Below are positions 1-10,110 of a stretch of 31,403 nt of DNA, piece after piece. Numbering within the stretch: the first letter of the stretch is position 1; every line of letters starts with the position of its first letter. A program made the position numbers and the translations under genes. The DNA is taken from contig RQSC01000028.1 in assembly GCA_013416795.1 (NCBI GenBank), forward strand, positions 845,759-877,161, given 5' to 3'. Under the pieces are notes generated by a model. It made no database searches. It had not been told where the DNA came from and was given only the letters and a program-made list of their open reading frames with translations. Source of the stretch: Prasinococcaceae sp. CCMP 1430. Taxonomy: Eukaryota > Plantae > Prasinodermophyta.

Positions 1-3
1 CGC

Positions 4-34
<31 letters not shown>

Positions 35-1792
35 GTGCCACCCCCTGGCCGCGCCGTTTGCCGCGGAGCCCCCGGCGCCGCCCTCGTCCTCGGCCTCCGT
101 CTCGGCGTCGGCCAGCTTGGCGAGCTTCTCAGTGCTGGTGACGCTCGCTTTGAAGACGCCCACGTTGAGCTCGCGCAGCGCCGCTGTGACGTCCCACATG
201 ATGCGCGGCCTCCCGCGGCCGTCCTCGTCGACCTGCGAGGTGACCAGCAGGCGCGCGTAGTCGGCCTCGGAGGGCAGCACCATCTCGATGCGCACGGGCT
301 CCTCCATCGCGCGGCTGAAGCGCCGCCGCAGCTCGCGCTGCAGCTGGTCGTCGGTGAGCCGCGTGCCGTCGGGGCACTGCACGAACAGGTCGGTGTAGCA
401 CATGTCGTCCCGCGTGATGATCTTGCCGAACGACACCTGCAAGTTGCACGACTTGATGGTGCGCAGCTGGTCGTACAGCAGGCCCTTGCGGTCCTTGGTG
501 ATGACCTGGACCATGGTGTGCGCGCGCGACGTCGTGTTGTCGAAGCTCACGCGCAGGCCGATGTCGGGGCGCTGCGCGTGGCTCGCGCGCGTGCGCACGA
601 CGGTGCGCTCCTTGGCGCCATCGATGGCGCCGGCGCCCACGAGGTTGGTCGTGCTGCCGTAGGAGCTCCAGCCGGTGAGGCTGTCGGAGCTCGACTGCCG
701 GCGGTGGTGCGCGCCGCGGGCGGCGTACAGCTGCGCCTTCTCCTCGAACGAGCTCGACAGCGCCTCGCGCTGCTGCGCGTCCGACGCGCCCGCGGCGGCG
801 CCCGGCACGTCGACGCCCGCCGCCACCGACGCCTGCCGCCCGGCCGCGGCCGGCGACATCATGAACGAGCCCAGCAGGCCGCCCGCCTGCACCTCGGCGA
901 TGCGCCGCAGCCGCTGCACCTCCTCGGCGACCAGCCAGCCGGGCGCCTCCGACACGGCCACCTGCACGCGCGAGTCGCCCAGCGCCTCCACGATGCGCGC
1001 GCTCACCTCGTGGACGCGCGCCGCGTCGGGCATCTCGTCGCGGATGTCGCTGATCATGAAGAAGTCCACCGCGTGGTTGGAGGGCGAGGTGGTCACGTGC
1101 GTCGAGTGGATGTTGAGCTCGCTCTCCCACAGCGCGTGCGTCGTGTCGTGCAGCATGCCCACGCGGTCGGGCGCGCACACCTGCAGCATGAAGAACTGGC
1201 GGTCCTCCGGCCCGCCGCCGCCGCCAGCGCGCGCCCCGTCGGCGCCGGTCGCCCCCGGCCCGCCGTCGGCGCCGACGTCGCCCTCCTCGGGCAGCAGCTG
1301 CGGCGTGCTCTGGGGGCACTCCTCCTCGATGCGCTTCTTGAGCGTCGTCCAGAAGGGCGACGCCTCGTCGTGGCGCTCCTTCTCCAGGGTCACGTGGAAC
1401 ACGACGAAGCACCAGCTGCCGTCCGTCGAGAAGTCGCCCTTGATGACGTTGAGCCCGTAGCTGAACATGATGCGCGAGAGCGCGAAGCCCAGCCCGCGGC
1501 GGTCGGGGCAGCTCACCTCCACCTCCGTGGTGTCCTTGCCGGGCTTCACCTTGACCACGTCGCTGGACACGCCCACGCTGTAGCCGTACGCCTCGTCCTC
1601 GGCGATCGGCTGGTTGGCGTACGCGCCGCCGTACGCGCCGCCGTACGCGCCGTACGCGCCCCCGCCGCCGCCGTACGGCGAGCCGCCCATCATGCCGCCC
1701 CCCATCCCCGGCACCACCTCCGAGTGCCGGCGCATGAGCGCCTTGGCCTCGCGCGCGAGCCCCTCGCGCCGCCGCTGCTCGGCGTGCTGCTG
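1..1792 (-). CDS. ACT-domain repeat protein (plant ACR9/ACR10 type); runs off the window at its 3' end, 5' end uncertain (possible ATG at 1705 or 1735; N at 1793)
   Basis: Own translation of a minus frame missing from the ORF track (no stop inside the window). It gives ACT-like blocks EVEVSCPDRAGLG..RIMFSYGLNVIKGDFSTDGSWCFVVF, QVCAPDRVGMLHDTTHALWESELNIH, VSFDNTTSRAHTMVQVITKDRKGLLYDQLRTIKSCNLQVSFGKI and GRGRPRIMWDVTAALRELNVGVF, the pattern of group-II ACR proteins. Confidence 0.88.
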
Positions 1793-1813
1793 NCAGGCGC
1801 GCGCGCCGCCGCC

Positions 1814-2662
1814 ATGCTGGAGCGCGACTTGGCCTGCCTGCCCGAGGTCGCGGAGTGGAGTGGCGCCCCGGTGCCCGCCTTCGATGGCAACGGCAATGCC
1901 GGTGCCCATGCCGACGCCGGGGTGGACGCACCCGCCTTTGACCTTGAGGTCGACGTCGACGTCGACGGCTACGCAAATGACGACGCTAAGCGCGCGCGCG
2001 AGCTCGTGGCAGGCGCTGCCGTCGCCACTGCCGTCGCCACAGCCGCTCAGCCGTCACTGAACGGAGGAGGGGGGGCGTCTCCAGCCAACGAAGACTGTGC
2101 GCCCGATCAAACGCTGGAGCGGCAAAGGCGCACGTCATCACGTGTTCCACCGTCCGCTGCGGCCGCGCCACCAGCGCAAAAGGAGGAAGGCACGGGTCCG
2201 CGAGGCGATGATGGCGGCCCGAAGAAGAGAAGGCGCGAGTGCACGCTCGCCGAGGGCATTCGTCGTCTGTTTGGCCCGCGCGGGGAGCCCACCCCAGAGG
2301 CGACGGCTCGCCTCAAGCCGCATCGCGCGTTTGCCAACCTCAGGAACAAACGCGCGCGCGCGCCCGTGCCGAGCGCGCTGAGCGAGGGTTGCAGCGGGCC
2401 CCGCTGGCGCGCGCTGGCCGCCCGCGGTATGGCGGCGCGCATCGACGACGCCGATGTGCCATGCATCGACCCGTGCACCGACGGCGCCGCCGAGGTGGCC
2501 GCCGAGCGAATGGCCATCGCCCTGTGCAAGCAGGAGCACAGGGCGTCGCGCGTCAAGGTGTGCGCGGCGGTCTCTGCGGGCGCCGATGAGCTCAAGCGCG
2601 CCATCCGGCAGCTCCGTGGTGAGGTCGAGCCGCCCGAGCGGCGCCCGCGCGCCGCTGCGTGA
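1814..2662 (+). CDS. hypothetical protein with a basic NLS-like patch (PKKRRR)
   Basis: GCCGCCGCCATG start context just after the N at 1793; open to TGA at 2660-2662. The C-terminal half has normal globular composition. No family recognised. Confidence 0.55.
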   Translation: MLERDLACLPEVAEWSGAPVPAFDGNGNAGAHADAGVDAPAFDLEVDVDVDGYANDDAKRARELVAGAAVATAVATAAQPSLNGGGGASPANEDCAPDQTLERQRRTSSRVPPSAAAAPPAQKEEGTGPRGDDGGPKKRRRECTLAEGIRRLFGPRGEPTPEATARLKPHRAFANLRNKRARAPVPSALSEGCSGPRWRALAARGMAARIDDADVPCIDPCTDGAAEVAAERMAIALCKQEHRASRVKVCAAVSAGADELKRAIRQLRGEVEPPERRPRAAA

Positions 2663-2821
2663 TTGGGCGCGAGTAATATGGCCACAAAACAGCGCCCCCC
2701 CCCGCCCTCCGCGCCGACGCAAGCGCTACGCGCCGTCGCAGGGCCCTGTCCGGTCGAATTTCGTTTGTTACACATGGAGAGGCGACGGATGCTCTCGTCG
2801 TCTTCTTCCGATGGCCACCAC

Positions 2822-5800
2822 TCAGTCCTCGTTTAGCTTTCCGGCGATGGGCGCCTCCTCGCCCGCCTTCTTCGCCGCCTTGTTGAGCACCTTGCCAACG
2901 GAGCGCGAGATGTACTTGAGCTCGTGCTTGCCCTGGCGCAGCGTGCCCATGACGCCCGGCTGTGCGGACTGCTCCTCGGGGGTCTTGGCCATGAGCGGCG
3001 CACCCTCCCTGTACACCATGAGCTCCACGTCGCCGTCATCATCGCCGTCGATGATGCGGAAGGCTTGCTCGCTGAGCGCCTCACCGCGATAGCCGCCGCC
3101 TGAGCCGCCGGGCCCATCCACAGGGCCCGCGCTGGCGAATGCCGCGTCGCGCGTCCTCATCAGCCGCCGCGCGCGACTGGTTTGAATGCACGCCGCGCAG
3201 CCCGCCAGGCTCTGCAGTACGCTCATGGCCACCAGGATGAAGCACGCGGCACCCAGCTTGTTGAGGTTGTCCTCGGTGATGGCAACCACGTTCTCCATCG
3301 ACATGGCGCCGTACCGCTCCCGCACGTCATCCCAGCTCTTGCGCACGTACGACGCCGCCTGATCGCCTCGCGCAAAGCACACGATGCCAATGAAGAAGAG
3401 GATCACCGTGAAGAGAGTTACCAGCGCCGTGTGCACCACCAACAGGCCCATGGAATGGCGTCGCACGCCAAGCAGCCCCAGTGCGCTCGTGGTGGTCACA
3501 GCCACCGAGAAGAAAGCCGCGGCGACCACCACGCCCTCGTTGCCGCCGAGGCCTCCGGCGGCAGTGCCCACAGCCAGCAGGAAGAGGCCGGCGCCCCACA
3601 CGAAGCCCGCGTAGCACGACGTTGTGAGCGTCTTTGTGACAGTCATCACGTGGCCCATGATTGAGCGCGCGGCCAGCAGGCTTGCCACGCTCGACAGCGC
3701 GGCGAAGATGCACAGGACGCCGCCAGCGGTCACGCGCTGGTGGATGGTCGCGATCATCTTCGCGGCCTGCTTGTGCTGCGCGGCAGTGTCGGCACTGGCA
3801 TCTACCGAGCTGAGTTGGTAGTAGTAGCCGTAGACGGCCTCCTCGGCCGAGTCGCGGTACAGCAGGCACAGCGTTGCCCCCCACATGAAGACGGCCGCGC
3901 CAACGTACTGCATCGTGAAATACGCGAAGAGCAGGTTGGAACCCACGCTCACCTTTGCGCAGCATACGCCTATCAGGCCGGTGCCGCTCGTGATCACGAC
4001 CGCCACGCCCACGATCATCATGAAAGAGTATGGATCGTTGAAGAGCGACACGCCCCAAGGTTCGGCGTTGACGTCGTAGTTCGGGTACGACAGCGCGTGC
4101 GTGCCCAAGCGCGATCCGACGGGGTGCACGTCGCTGTTGGCGCACTTGCACATGGGATACACGCCCGCACGCAGCGCGTCGCACGCCGCGGCACACACCG
4201 TGTCCGCGCCCACGCGCTCGAGGTAGTCCGGGTGCTCCTTGAGCGGTGGCGACGCAGCCACTGCCGCCGCGCACGCCTCGCCTGCCGGGAAGCTCGAGAT
4301 CCAACCTTTGAGATTTCCCGCCGCGCCATCGCCCCCGTCGCTGGCGTCAGCGAGCAGCGCGCGCGCGGCGGCGCCCACCTCGCCGCCTCCGCGCGATGCA
4401 AAGCTCGCCGCGCCGTCGATGGCCCAACGCGCGACAGGCGCGACCTCCGCACGGGCGGGGCGCGAGCGCACGGTGAGGGAAAGCGCGCGGCGCGTGGGCT
4501 TGATCCCCGCTTCCGCGTCGCCCTCGCCTTCCTCCGCTCCGGGCTCGCACAGGCCGCAGGTGAGCGGGCACACCTGCAGCGCGTTGTCGTCGCTGCAGTA
4601 CTTGTGGTTGGAGTTGCCGCCGGCCACCTTGGCGTAGCTCGAGCAGTTGCCAAAGGCCGAGCGGAACTGTGCGTCGTCCTTGCACGTGACCTGTGCGCCA
4701 GCCGGGCCGTAGCCCGGCTCGCACAGCCCACACGCCACAGGGCACCACTCGGTCGCGCCGTCGGCATCACACTTGCCGTCGCGACTGCCGCCGCTCGCGT
4801 ACTCCTCGCACATGTGCCCGTCGTCGTGACGCCAGTTGTCGTTGTCGCGGCAGCACACGCCGCACGCCACCGGGCAGTGCTGCGAGGCGCCGTGCGCCGC
4901 GCAGTTGTCCTCGTTCGCCCCGCCCAGGCGGTAGCTCGTGCAGCCGCCGTGACCCCCGTCCCACGTGGGATCGTCCTTGCAGCACATCCCACACGCCACG
5001 GGGCAGTGCTCTTCGACGCCGTCGAAGTGGCAGTAGCCGAAGTTGGCCCCGCCAGGCAGGTAGGTTGAGCAGTTGCCCTGCGCGCTCTCATAGGTCGGGT
5101 CGTCGGCGCAGCAACGGCCGCACGCCACCGGGCACTTGTCCCACGCGCCGTCCTCCACGCACGACCCGCTCAGCGTGTGCGCGATCAACGGGTAGTAATC
5201 GCTGCATCGGGCGTTGAAGGTGGATACGAAGGTGGGGTCGTCGCTGCACAGCGCGCCGTCGGCGCGCTCGGACAGGGGACCCGCAGCGGGCGTGCCCACG
5301 GGCGGCGGTGGGCTGGGCGGCGGGCTGGGCGGCGGCGGCGGCGGCGGCGGGCTCGGCGGCGGGCTCGGCGGTGCCGGAGGCGGTGCGCCCTCGCCATCCG
5401 GACCGCCCTTCAGGTACGAGCCCGCGGGCGCCCCCAGGTACACCGTGTAGCACAGCCGCTCCGACCAGTCCTCCACACTCTCGCCGTCCACTTGGTGGCG
5501 CAGGAGGCTGCTCGACCACACGAACTGCGTCAGGTTCGCGAGGCACGCGAAGTTCACCAGCCTTTGCGCCGGGAGCGCGAGCGCGGGTGTCAGCGCGAGC
5601 GCGCGCTCTCGCTCTGTCGCGCGCACCAGCCTGCGGCACGCACCGACATCCCCGCCGTACGCCCACCAGTGCAGCGGCGTCACCCGCAGCGTGTCGCCGG
5701 CGTGCGCGCGCGCGTTCGGGTCCGCCCCCGCACCGAGCAGGAGGCGCACGACGTCCACGCTGCCACCGATGGCCGCGGTGTGAAGCGCGGTCTCGCCGTG

Positions 5801-6013
5801 CTCGTTCGTGGCTCGCGGGTCGGCCCCACCTTCCAACAGCTCGCGCACGCGCTCCGCATCCCCCTCGCCGGCCGCGAACAGCAGCGGCACGCCCTCGCCC
5901 GCATCAGCCTCGGCGCCCGCGCCCTCGCGGAGCGCGTTCACGATGCACGCCAGCGCAAGCACCGCCGACAGCGTGCCGCGCGGCGCGCTCCGGGCTCGCC
6001 GCGCGCCCCGCAT
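2822..6013 (-). CDS. multidomain membrane protein: signal peptide + ankyrin repeats + Pro-rich linker + 5 ShKT-like Cys repeats + two tandem tetraspanin-like modules (the ankyrin part may be a separate or chimeric piece)
   Basis: ORF 2822..6157, likely ATG at 6013 (MRGARR...LSAVLALACIVNA). Ankyrin motifs GETALHTAAIGGSVDVVRLLLGAGADPN and VTPLHW; SPPP linker; five C..DD..C..Y..C..CPVACGxC units; at least 7 hydrophobic helices in the C-terminal third; TGTAA signal at 2768-2772 (minus). Confidence 0.75.
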   Translation of the reverse strand: MRGARRARSAPRGTLSAVLALACIVNALREGAGAEADAGEGVPLLFAAGEGDAERVRELLEGGADPRATNEHGETALHTAAIGGSVDVVRLLLGAGADPNARAHAGDTLRVTPLHWWAYGGDVGACRRLVRATERERALALTPALALPAQRLVNFACLANLTQFVWSSSLLRHQVDGESVEDWSERLCYTVYLGAPAGSYLKGGPDGEGAPPPAPPSPPPSPPPPPPPPSPPPSPPPPVGTPAAGPLSERADGALCSDDPTFVSTFNARCSDYYPLIAHTLSGSCVEDGAWDKCPVACGRCCADDPTYESAQGNCSTYLPGGANFGYCHFDGVEEHCPVACGMCCKDDPTWDGGHGGCTSYRLGGANEDNCAAHGASQHCPVACGVCCRDNDNWRHDDGHMCEEYASGGSRDGKCDADGATEWCPVACGLCEPGYGPAGAQVTCKDDAQFRSAFGNCSSYAKVAGGNSNHKYCSDDNALQVCPLTCGLCEPGAEEGEGDAEAGIKPTRRALSLTVRSRPARAEVAPVARWAIDGAASFASRGGGEVGAAARALLADASDGGDGAAGNLKGWISSFPAGEACAAAVAASPPLKEHPDYLERVGADTVCAAACDALRAGVYPMCKCANSDVHPVGSRLGTHALSYPNYDVNAEPWGVSLFNDPYSFMMIVGVAVVITSGTGLIGVCCAKVSVGSNLLFAYFTMQYVGAAVFMWGATLCLLYRDSAEEAVYGYYYQLSSVDASADTAAQHKQAAKMIATIHQRVTAGGVLCIFAALSSVASLLAARSIMGHVMTVTKTLTTSCYAGFVWGAGLFLLAVGTAAGGLGGNEGVVVAAAFFSVAVTTTSALGLLGVRRHSMGLLVVHTALVTLFTVILFFIGIVCFARGDQAASYVRKSWDDVRERYGAMSMENVVAITEDNLNKLGAACFILVAMSVLQSLAGCAACIQTSRARRLMRTRDAAFASAGPVDGPGGSGGGYRGEALSEQAFRIIDGDDDGDVELMVYREGAPLMAKTPEEQSAQPGVMGTLRQGKHELKYISRSVGKVLNKAAKKAGEEAPIAGKLNED
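4547..5248 (-). repeat. five tandem 6-Cys ShKT-like protein repeats
   Basis: Five units of about 43-46 aa, each with six Cys and ending CPVACGxC (four) or CPLTCGLC (one); the C-x3-C-x2-C ending is the ShK-toxin-domain hallmark. Confidence 0.8.
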
Positions 6014-6527
6014 GCCGCAACCGGAGCTGCGAGCGCCGGAGCAGACGGCGAGCGCGGCCGGGGACGAGGACGTAAGCTCGCGCGCACGCACGCACACGCG
6101 CACAAACGGGGCGCAGGCGCACGCGCACGCGGGGGCGCGCCAGTGTCCTCTTCCCACACGCCCCGGCTCGGGAGCGGGCGGCTACCGCCCCAACCCCACC
6201 CCACCCTGCCGAGCGCGTGCGCTGTGGCGGCGGCGCGCTCGCGGCCGAGCCGCTGGTACATAAACCCTAATTCCTTTCAACACAAAACCCAAAACCCAAA
6301 AGCGCGGGCGCCGCCGTGCGCTCGGGGAACCGCGCGCGAGCCTGTGCGCGCGCGTGTGCGCGCGCGCGCGCGCGCATGGCGCGTGTGTGTGTGCGTGCGT
6401 GTGTGTTGTCTATGCGCGTGAGTGGTGTGTGTGCGCGCGCGCGTGTGTGTGTGTGTGCATGTGCGTCACAGCGCGCGCGGGGAACCCCCCCCTTCCCTTT
6501 CTCCGGCGGTCCAACCCGGCGGCAGCC

Positions 6528-7350
6528 ATGGGCAAGCGGAAGTCGTCCAAGCCGCCGCCGAAGAAGAAACAGCTCAAGGTGCGTGGCTGCTGCGCCCTCG
6601 TGCGACAGGCGCCCGCTCCTGCGGGCGCGCAAGCGCGCGCAAGCGCATCGCACGCGCGCGATCGCCATCGCTCCATCGCGTCCCGAGCTAACACGCGCAC
6701 ACGCGCGCGCCGGCACGTCCGCGCCCGCCCACGCCCACGCCCACGCCTCACGCGCACACGCCTGCATGCGCGCACACGCGACACGCGCACGCACACGCGC
6801 GCGCGCGTGCACGCGCGCAGGTGGACAAGGTCTTCGACTGCCCCTTTTGCAACAACGCCCAGAGCGTCGAGTGCAAGCTCGACCGCATCAACGACGTCGG
6901 CACCGTCAGCTGCCGCATCGTACGTCGGCTTAGGGGGCGAGGGCGCCGTGCCGCCCGCGCTTGCGCTCGCGCACGAGCTCAGCCGCGAGAGAGAGAGAGC
7001 CCGTTCACCCGCGAGCACGCCCAAGTGCCTGCCTGTGCTGACATTGACACGCACACGCGCAAACGCACGCGCTCACACTCACACGCCGGCCCCTCACACA
7101 CACACACACACACACGAACACACACACACACACACACACACCACCCACCCACCTCACCCACCTCTCTCCGCCCCTTTCCCAGTGTGGTGCGAGCTACTCG
7201 ACGTCCATCAACAACCTCACCGAGGCCATCGACATCTTCTCCGAATGGATTGACGAGAGCGTCGCGGTCAACAAGGGCGACGGCGGTGGGGGGGAGGGTG
7301 GCGCGGCGGAGGCGGTCAAAGCGGGGCGCGCCGGCGCCGACAGCGAGTGA
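6528..7350 (+). CDS. ELF1: transcription elongation factor ELF1/ELOF1 (exons 6528-6578, 6821-6919, 7183-7350)
   Basis: Spliced translation MGKRKSSKPPPKKKQLK|VDKVFDCPFCNNAQSVECKLDRINDVGTVSCRI|CGASYSTSINNLTEAIDIFSEWIDE...*. Shows the CPFC...CxxC zinc ribbon and the WIDE motif; both introns are GT-AG, phase 0. Confidence 0.95.
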
Positions 7351-7759
7351 GCAGGTAATACGCACGCCGATTGTGCGCACGCAGAGAGAGAGAGAGAGAG
7401 GGGGGGAGAAGGGGGGGGGAGGGGGGCAGCGCAGGCGCACCGCTACGCGTGCACGTGCGCGCGTGCGCGCGACCCCGAGTGCGCGCGTCCTTGCGTGCAC
7501 ATGCGTAGGCCTGCACGAGCGTGCAGGTGCGTGCGTGCGTGCGAGTGCGTGTGTGCGCGCGTGTGCGCGCGTACCGCTGGTAGGTGCGAGGGGCGCGGCG
7601 TGAGCGCACGTCGCGGGAGCCCACAGCGCGCCCCTCCGAGCGCAGCCTAGCGCACCACGGCATGCAGGTACGTATACATTACATCCTCGCGCGCCCACAC
7701 CAAGACGCCCGCACGCACGCGCCCGCGCCCACGTGCGCGCGCGCGCGGGCGACACGCGC

Positions 7760-9102
7760 GCGTCGCCCCTGCCGCCGCCGAGGGCGCCGGGCGCCGCCGG
7801 CGCGGCGAGCAGCGCGAGCAGCAGCAGCGCGTGGCACGCGGCGAGCAGCGCCGAGCTCCCCGGGGTGGAGCTCTCGCCCTCCCACGGATTCCAGCAGGCC
7901 TCGATGGCCGCCCAAAGCAGCAGCTTGGCGGCGGCGGGCAGGCGCGTCGCCCACAGCAGCGCAGGCAGGCCGTGCGCGTACCACGCGTAGAACTGGAAGT
8001 GCAGCGAGCGCGCGAGCGCGATGCCCGCGAAGTTGCACTCCAGGAGCACGCGCGCGGTGGCGCCCGCGCGCGCGTGGCCTCCCTCGGGGAACGGCAGCGT
8101 GCGCAGGCGCAGGTTGGCGGACACGATGTGCCGCAGGCGGCCGTGCGGCGCCCACCGCCGCGCCGCGAACACCCCCAGCAGCAGGAGGTGCGCGCCGAGC
8201 AGCCCGGCGGCGAACCCCTTGGACGAAAAGGTCGCCTCCGGCACCCACTTGAAGTTGACGCTCCAGTAGTGGACGAACTGGCGCCCGAAGTTGAAGGCGC
8301 ACGCCACGTACTCCCGCGGGTGCTGCAGCAAGAAGGGCGCGCCGACGCAGAGCTGCAGCGCGGCCGCCAGCGCTAGGCTCTGGGCGACGATGCCGAGCGA
8401 CTGCGACTGCGCGAGCAGCAGCGCGAACGCGGGCGCGTACAGCAGCGCGCTCATCTTCACGGAGACCGCGGCGCTGTGCGCCACGAGCGCCGCGCACGGG
8501 CGCTGGCGCATCATCAGCAGGACGGCCAGCATGCTCAGCGTCGCCACGACGCCGTCGTTGAAGAGGCGCAGGAGGAAGATCGAGTGCAGGCGCTTGGAGA
8601 GCACCAGCAGCGGCAGCGCCCACGGGGGCACCAGCCGCCCCTCGACGTACACGGCGAGCCCCAGCGCGAGGTTGACGAGGTACAGCGCGCCGAACGCGCG
8701 CTGCGCCAGCTGGATGTCCCCTCCCCCCGTGATCGCCTGCAGCGTGCGGAAGACGTACACGTGGCCCGCCGGGTACACCAGCGGCCCCGTGCCGCCATGG
8801 ATCGCGCTGTAGTCGCGCTCGCCGGCCGCGAAGGTGTCCACCTGCTCCATGTACGCGGTCCAGTCGACCTCGGTGTACGGCACGCGCTTGACGATGGCGA
8901 AGCACAGGCAGGCGTCCATGACGAAGCACAGCAGCGCCACGAGGCGCATCGCGCGCGTGTCGTCCGGGTTGTTGAGCCGCGCGAGCGCGGCGCCCACGCG
9001 ATCGGCGAGCCGCCCGCGCTGTCTGAAGCGCTGCTGCTCGAACTGCCGCTGCCAGTCCGCGGAGAGCTGCCGCCGGTGCAGGCGGCGCTCGTTCTCGTCC
9101 AT
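7760..9102 (-). CDS. ALG3: Dol-P-Man:Man5GlcNAc2-PP-Dol alpha-1,3-mannosyltransferase; exact 3' end unresolved
   Basis: Motifs VPYTEVDWTAYMEQV, GGTGPLVYPAGHVYVF, SKRLHSIFLLRLFND, SVKMSALLYAP, FNFGRQFVHYWSVNFKWV and ARSLHFQFYAWY; multi-TM. ATG at 9102. No in-frame stop is seen before the TGTAA at 7679-7683. Confidence 0.93.
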
Positions 9103-9250
9103 CGCCCCGCTCGACGAGATCCGCCTGTGGCGCCGCCCGTCCGCGCGCGCGTGCCCTTGCTGCCCCTCCTCGCCCCCGTGCCGCTCCTGCTGCTCCTGCG
9201 GGGTCGCACCGGCCCCGCCGCCCTCGAGCGGCGCCGCCCGCCTGCCCCGN

Positions 9251-10110
9251 AGCGCGCCATCGTTCACATAGATGTCGACTGCATGTGCGTTGTTGCTCGC
9301 GGCGTGGCCGCGCCGCCCTGCTCCTGGCTTGCCGCGCGCTCACGCGCGCCAGCGCTGGCTGCGTTTCCTCGCGCTCGCAGGTACGCGCAGGTGGAGGCGG
9401 TGAACAACCCCGCGCTGCGGGGCCGCCCTCTGGGAGTCGTCCAAAAGTACCTCGTCGTCACGGCGAACTACGAAGCGCGCGCGCTGGGCGTCGGCAAGCT
9501 CATGGCCGTAGATGAGGCGCGTCGTCTGTGCGGGGGCGCGCTCGCGTTGGTCGACGGGAGCGACCTCACTCCGTACAGGGAGGCGGCGGACCGCGTGCGT
9601 GCGGCAGTTGGTGGATTCGGGACGTACTCGAGCGTGGGCCTGGACGAGGTCACCGTCGACGTAACGAGTCTGGCGACTGAGCGGCTCAGGGAGTGGGAGG
9701 GCGCGGTCAGAGGCGGCGGCGGCGGCGCGGGCGGCGGCGGCGCGGAATGCGCGGACGCGCATGAGGGGCGCGACGAGCCTCGCTTCGCACTATCCGGCTT
9801 CCTGCACCTCGCGTCCGAGGGCACGGCCGCCGAGAATCGCCACCGCGTGATGGACCTGCGTGCGAGTGACAGCGCGCCGTGCGGCGTGCAATATGACTCG
9901 CGCCAGTGGGCCGCGCTGCCGTACCCGCACAGGCTGCTATGCGCGGCCAGCGCGGTGGCGCGCGAGGTGCGTGCGGCGGTACGGGAGCAAACGGGGCTGA
10001 CGGTGGCGGCGGGCATCGCCCACAACCCCTTGCTGGCAAAGCTCTCAGCGGGGCTGCACAAACCTGACGCCCAGACCACGCTGATGGCCTCCGAGGCCTC
10101 GGCATTCGGC
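9251..10110 (+). CDS. POLI: Y-family DNA polymerase iota, N-terminal catalytic fragment (intron 9285-9380); truncated at both ends
   Basis: After removing a 96-nt GTGCGT...CGCAG intron: RAIVHIDVDCMYAQVE, RPLGVVQKYLVVTANYEARALGV, DGSDLTPYREAA, GLDEVTVDVT, AAGIAHNPLLAKLSAGLHKPDAQTTL. The QKYLVVT-NYEAR and GxDLTxYRE motifs are iota-type. Confidence 0.85.

Noticed and set aside
35-1800. Long plus-strand ORF (875 aa) and minus ORF 129..1976
   Set aside because: Antisense or off-frame shadows of the ACR gene; stops are rare at this GC content. Only the part from ATG 1814 looks coding.
3182-6421. Numerous Arg/Ala/Pro-rich ORFs overlapping the 1111-aa gene (likewise over ALG3, PF6 and RsgA)
   Set aside because: Alternate-frame artefacts of GC-rich codon usage; no domain signal, so not treated as overlapping genes.
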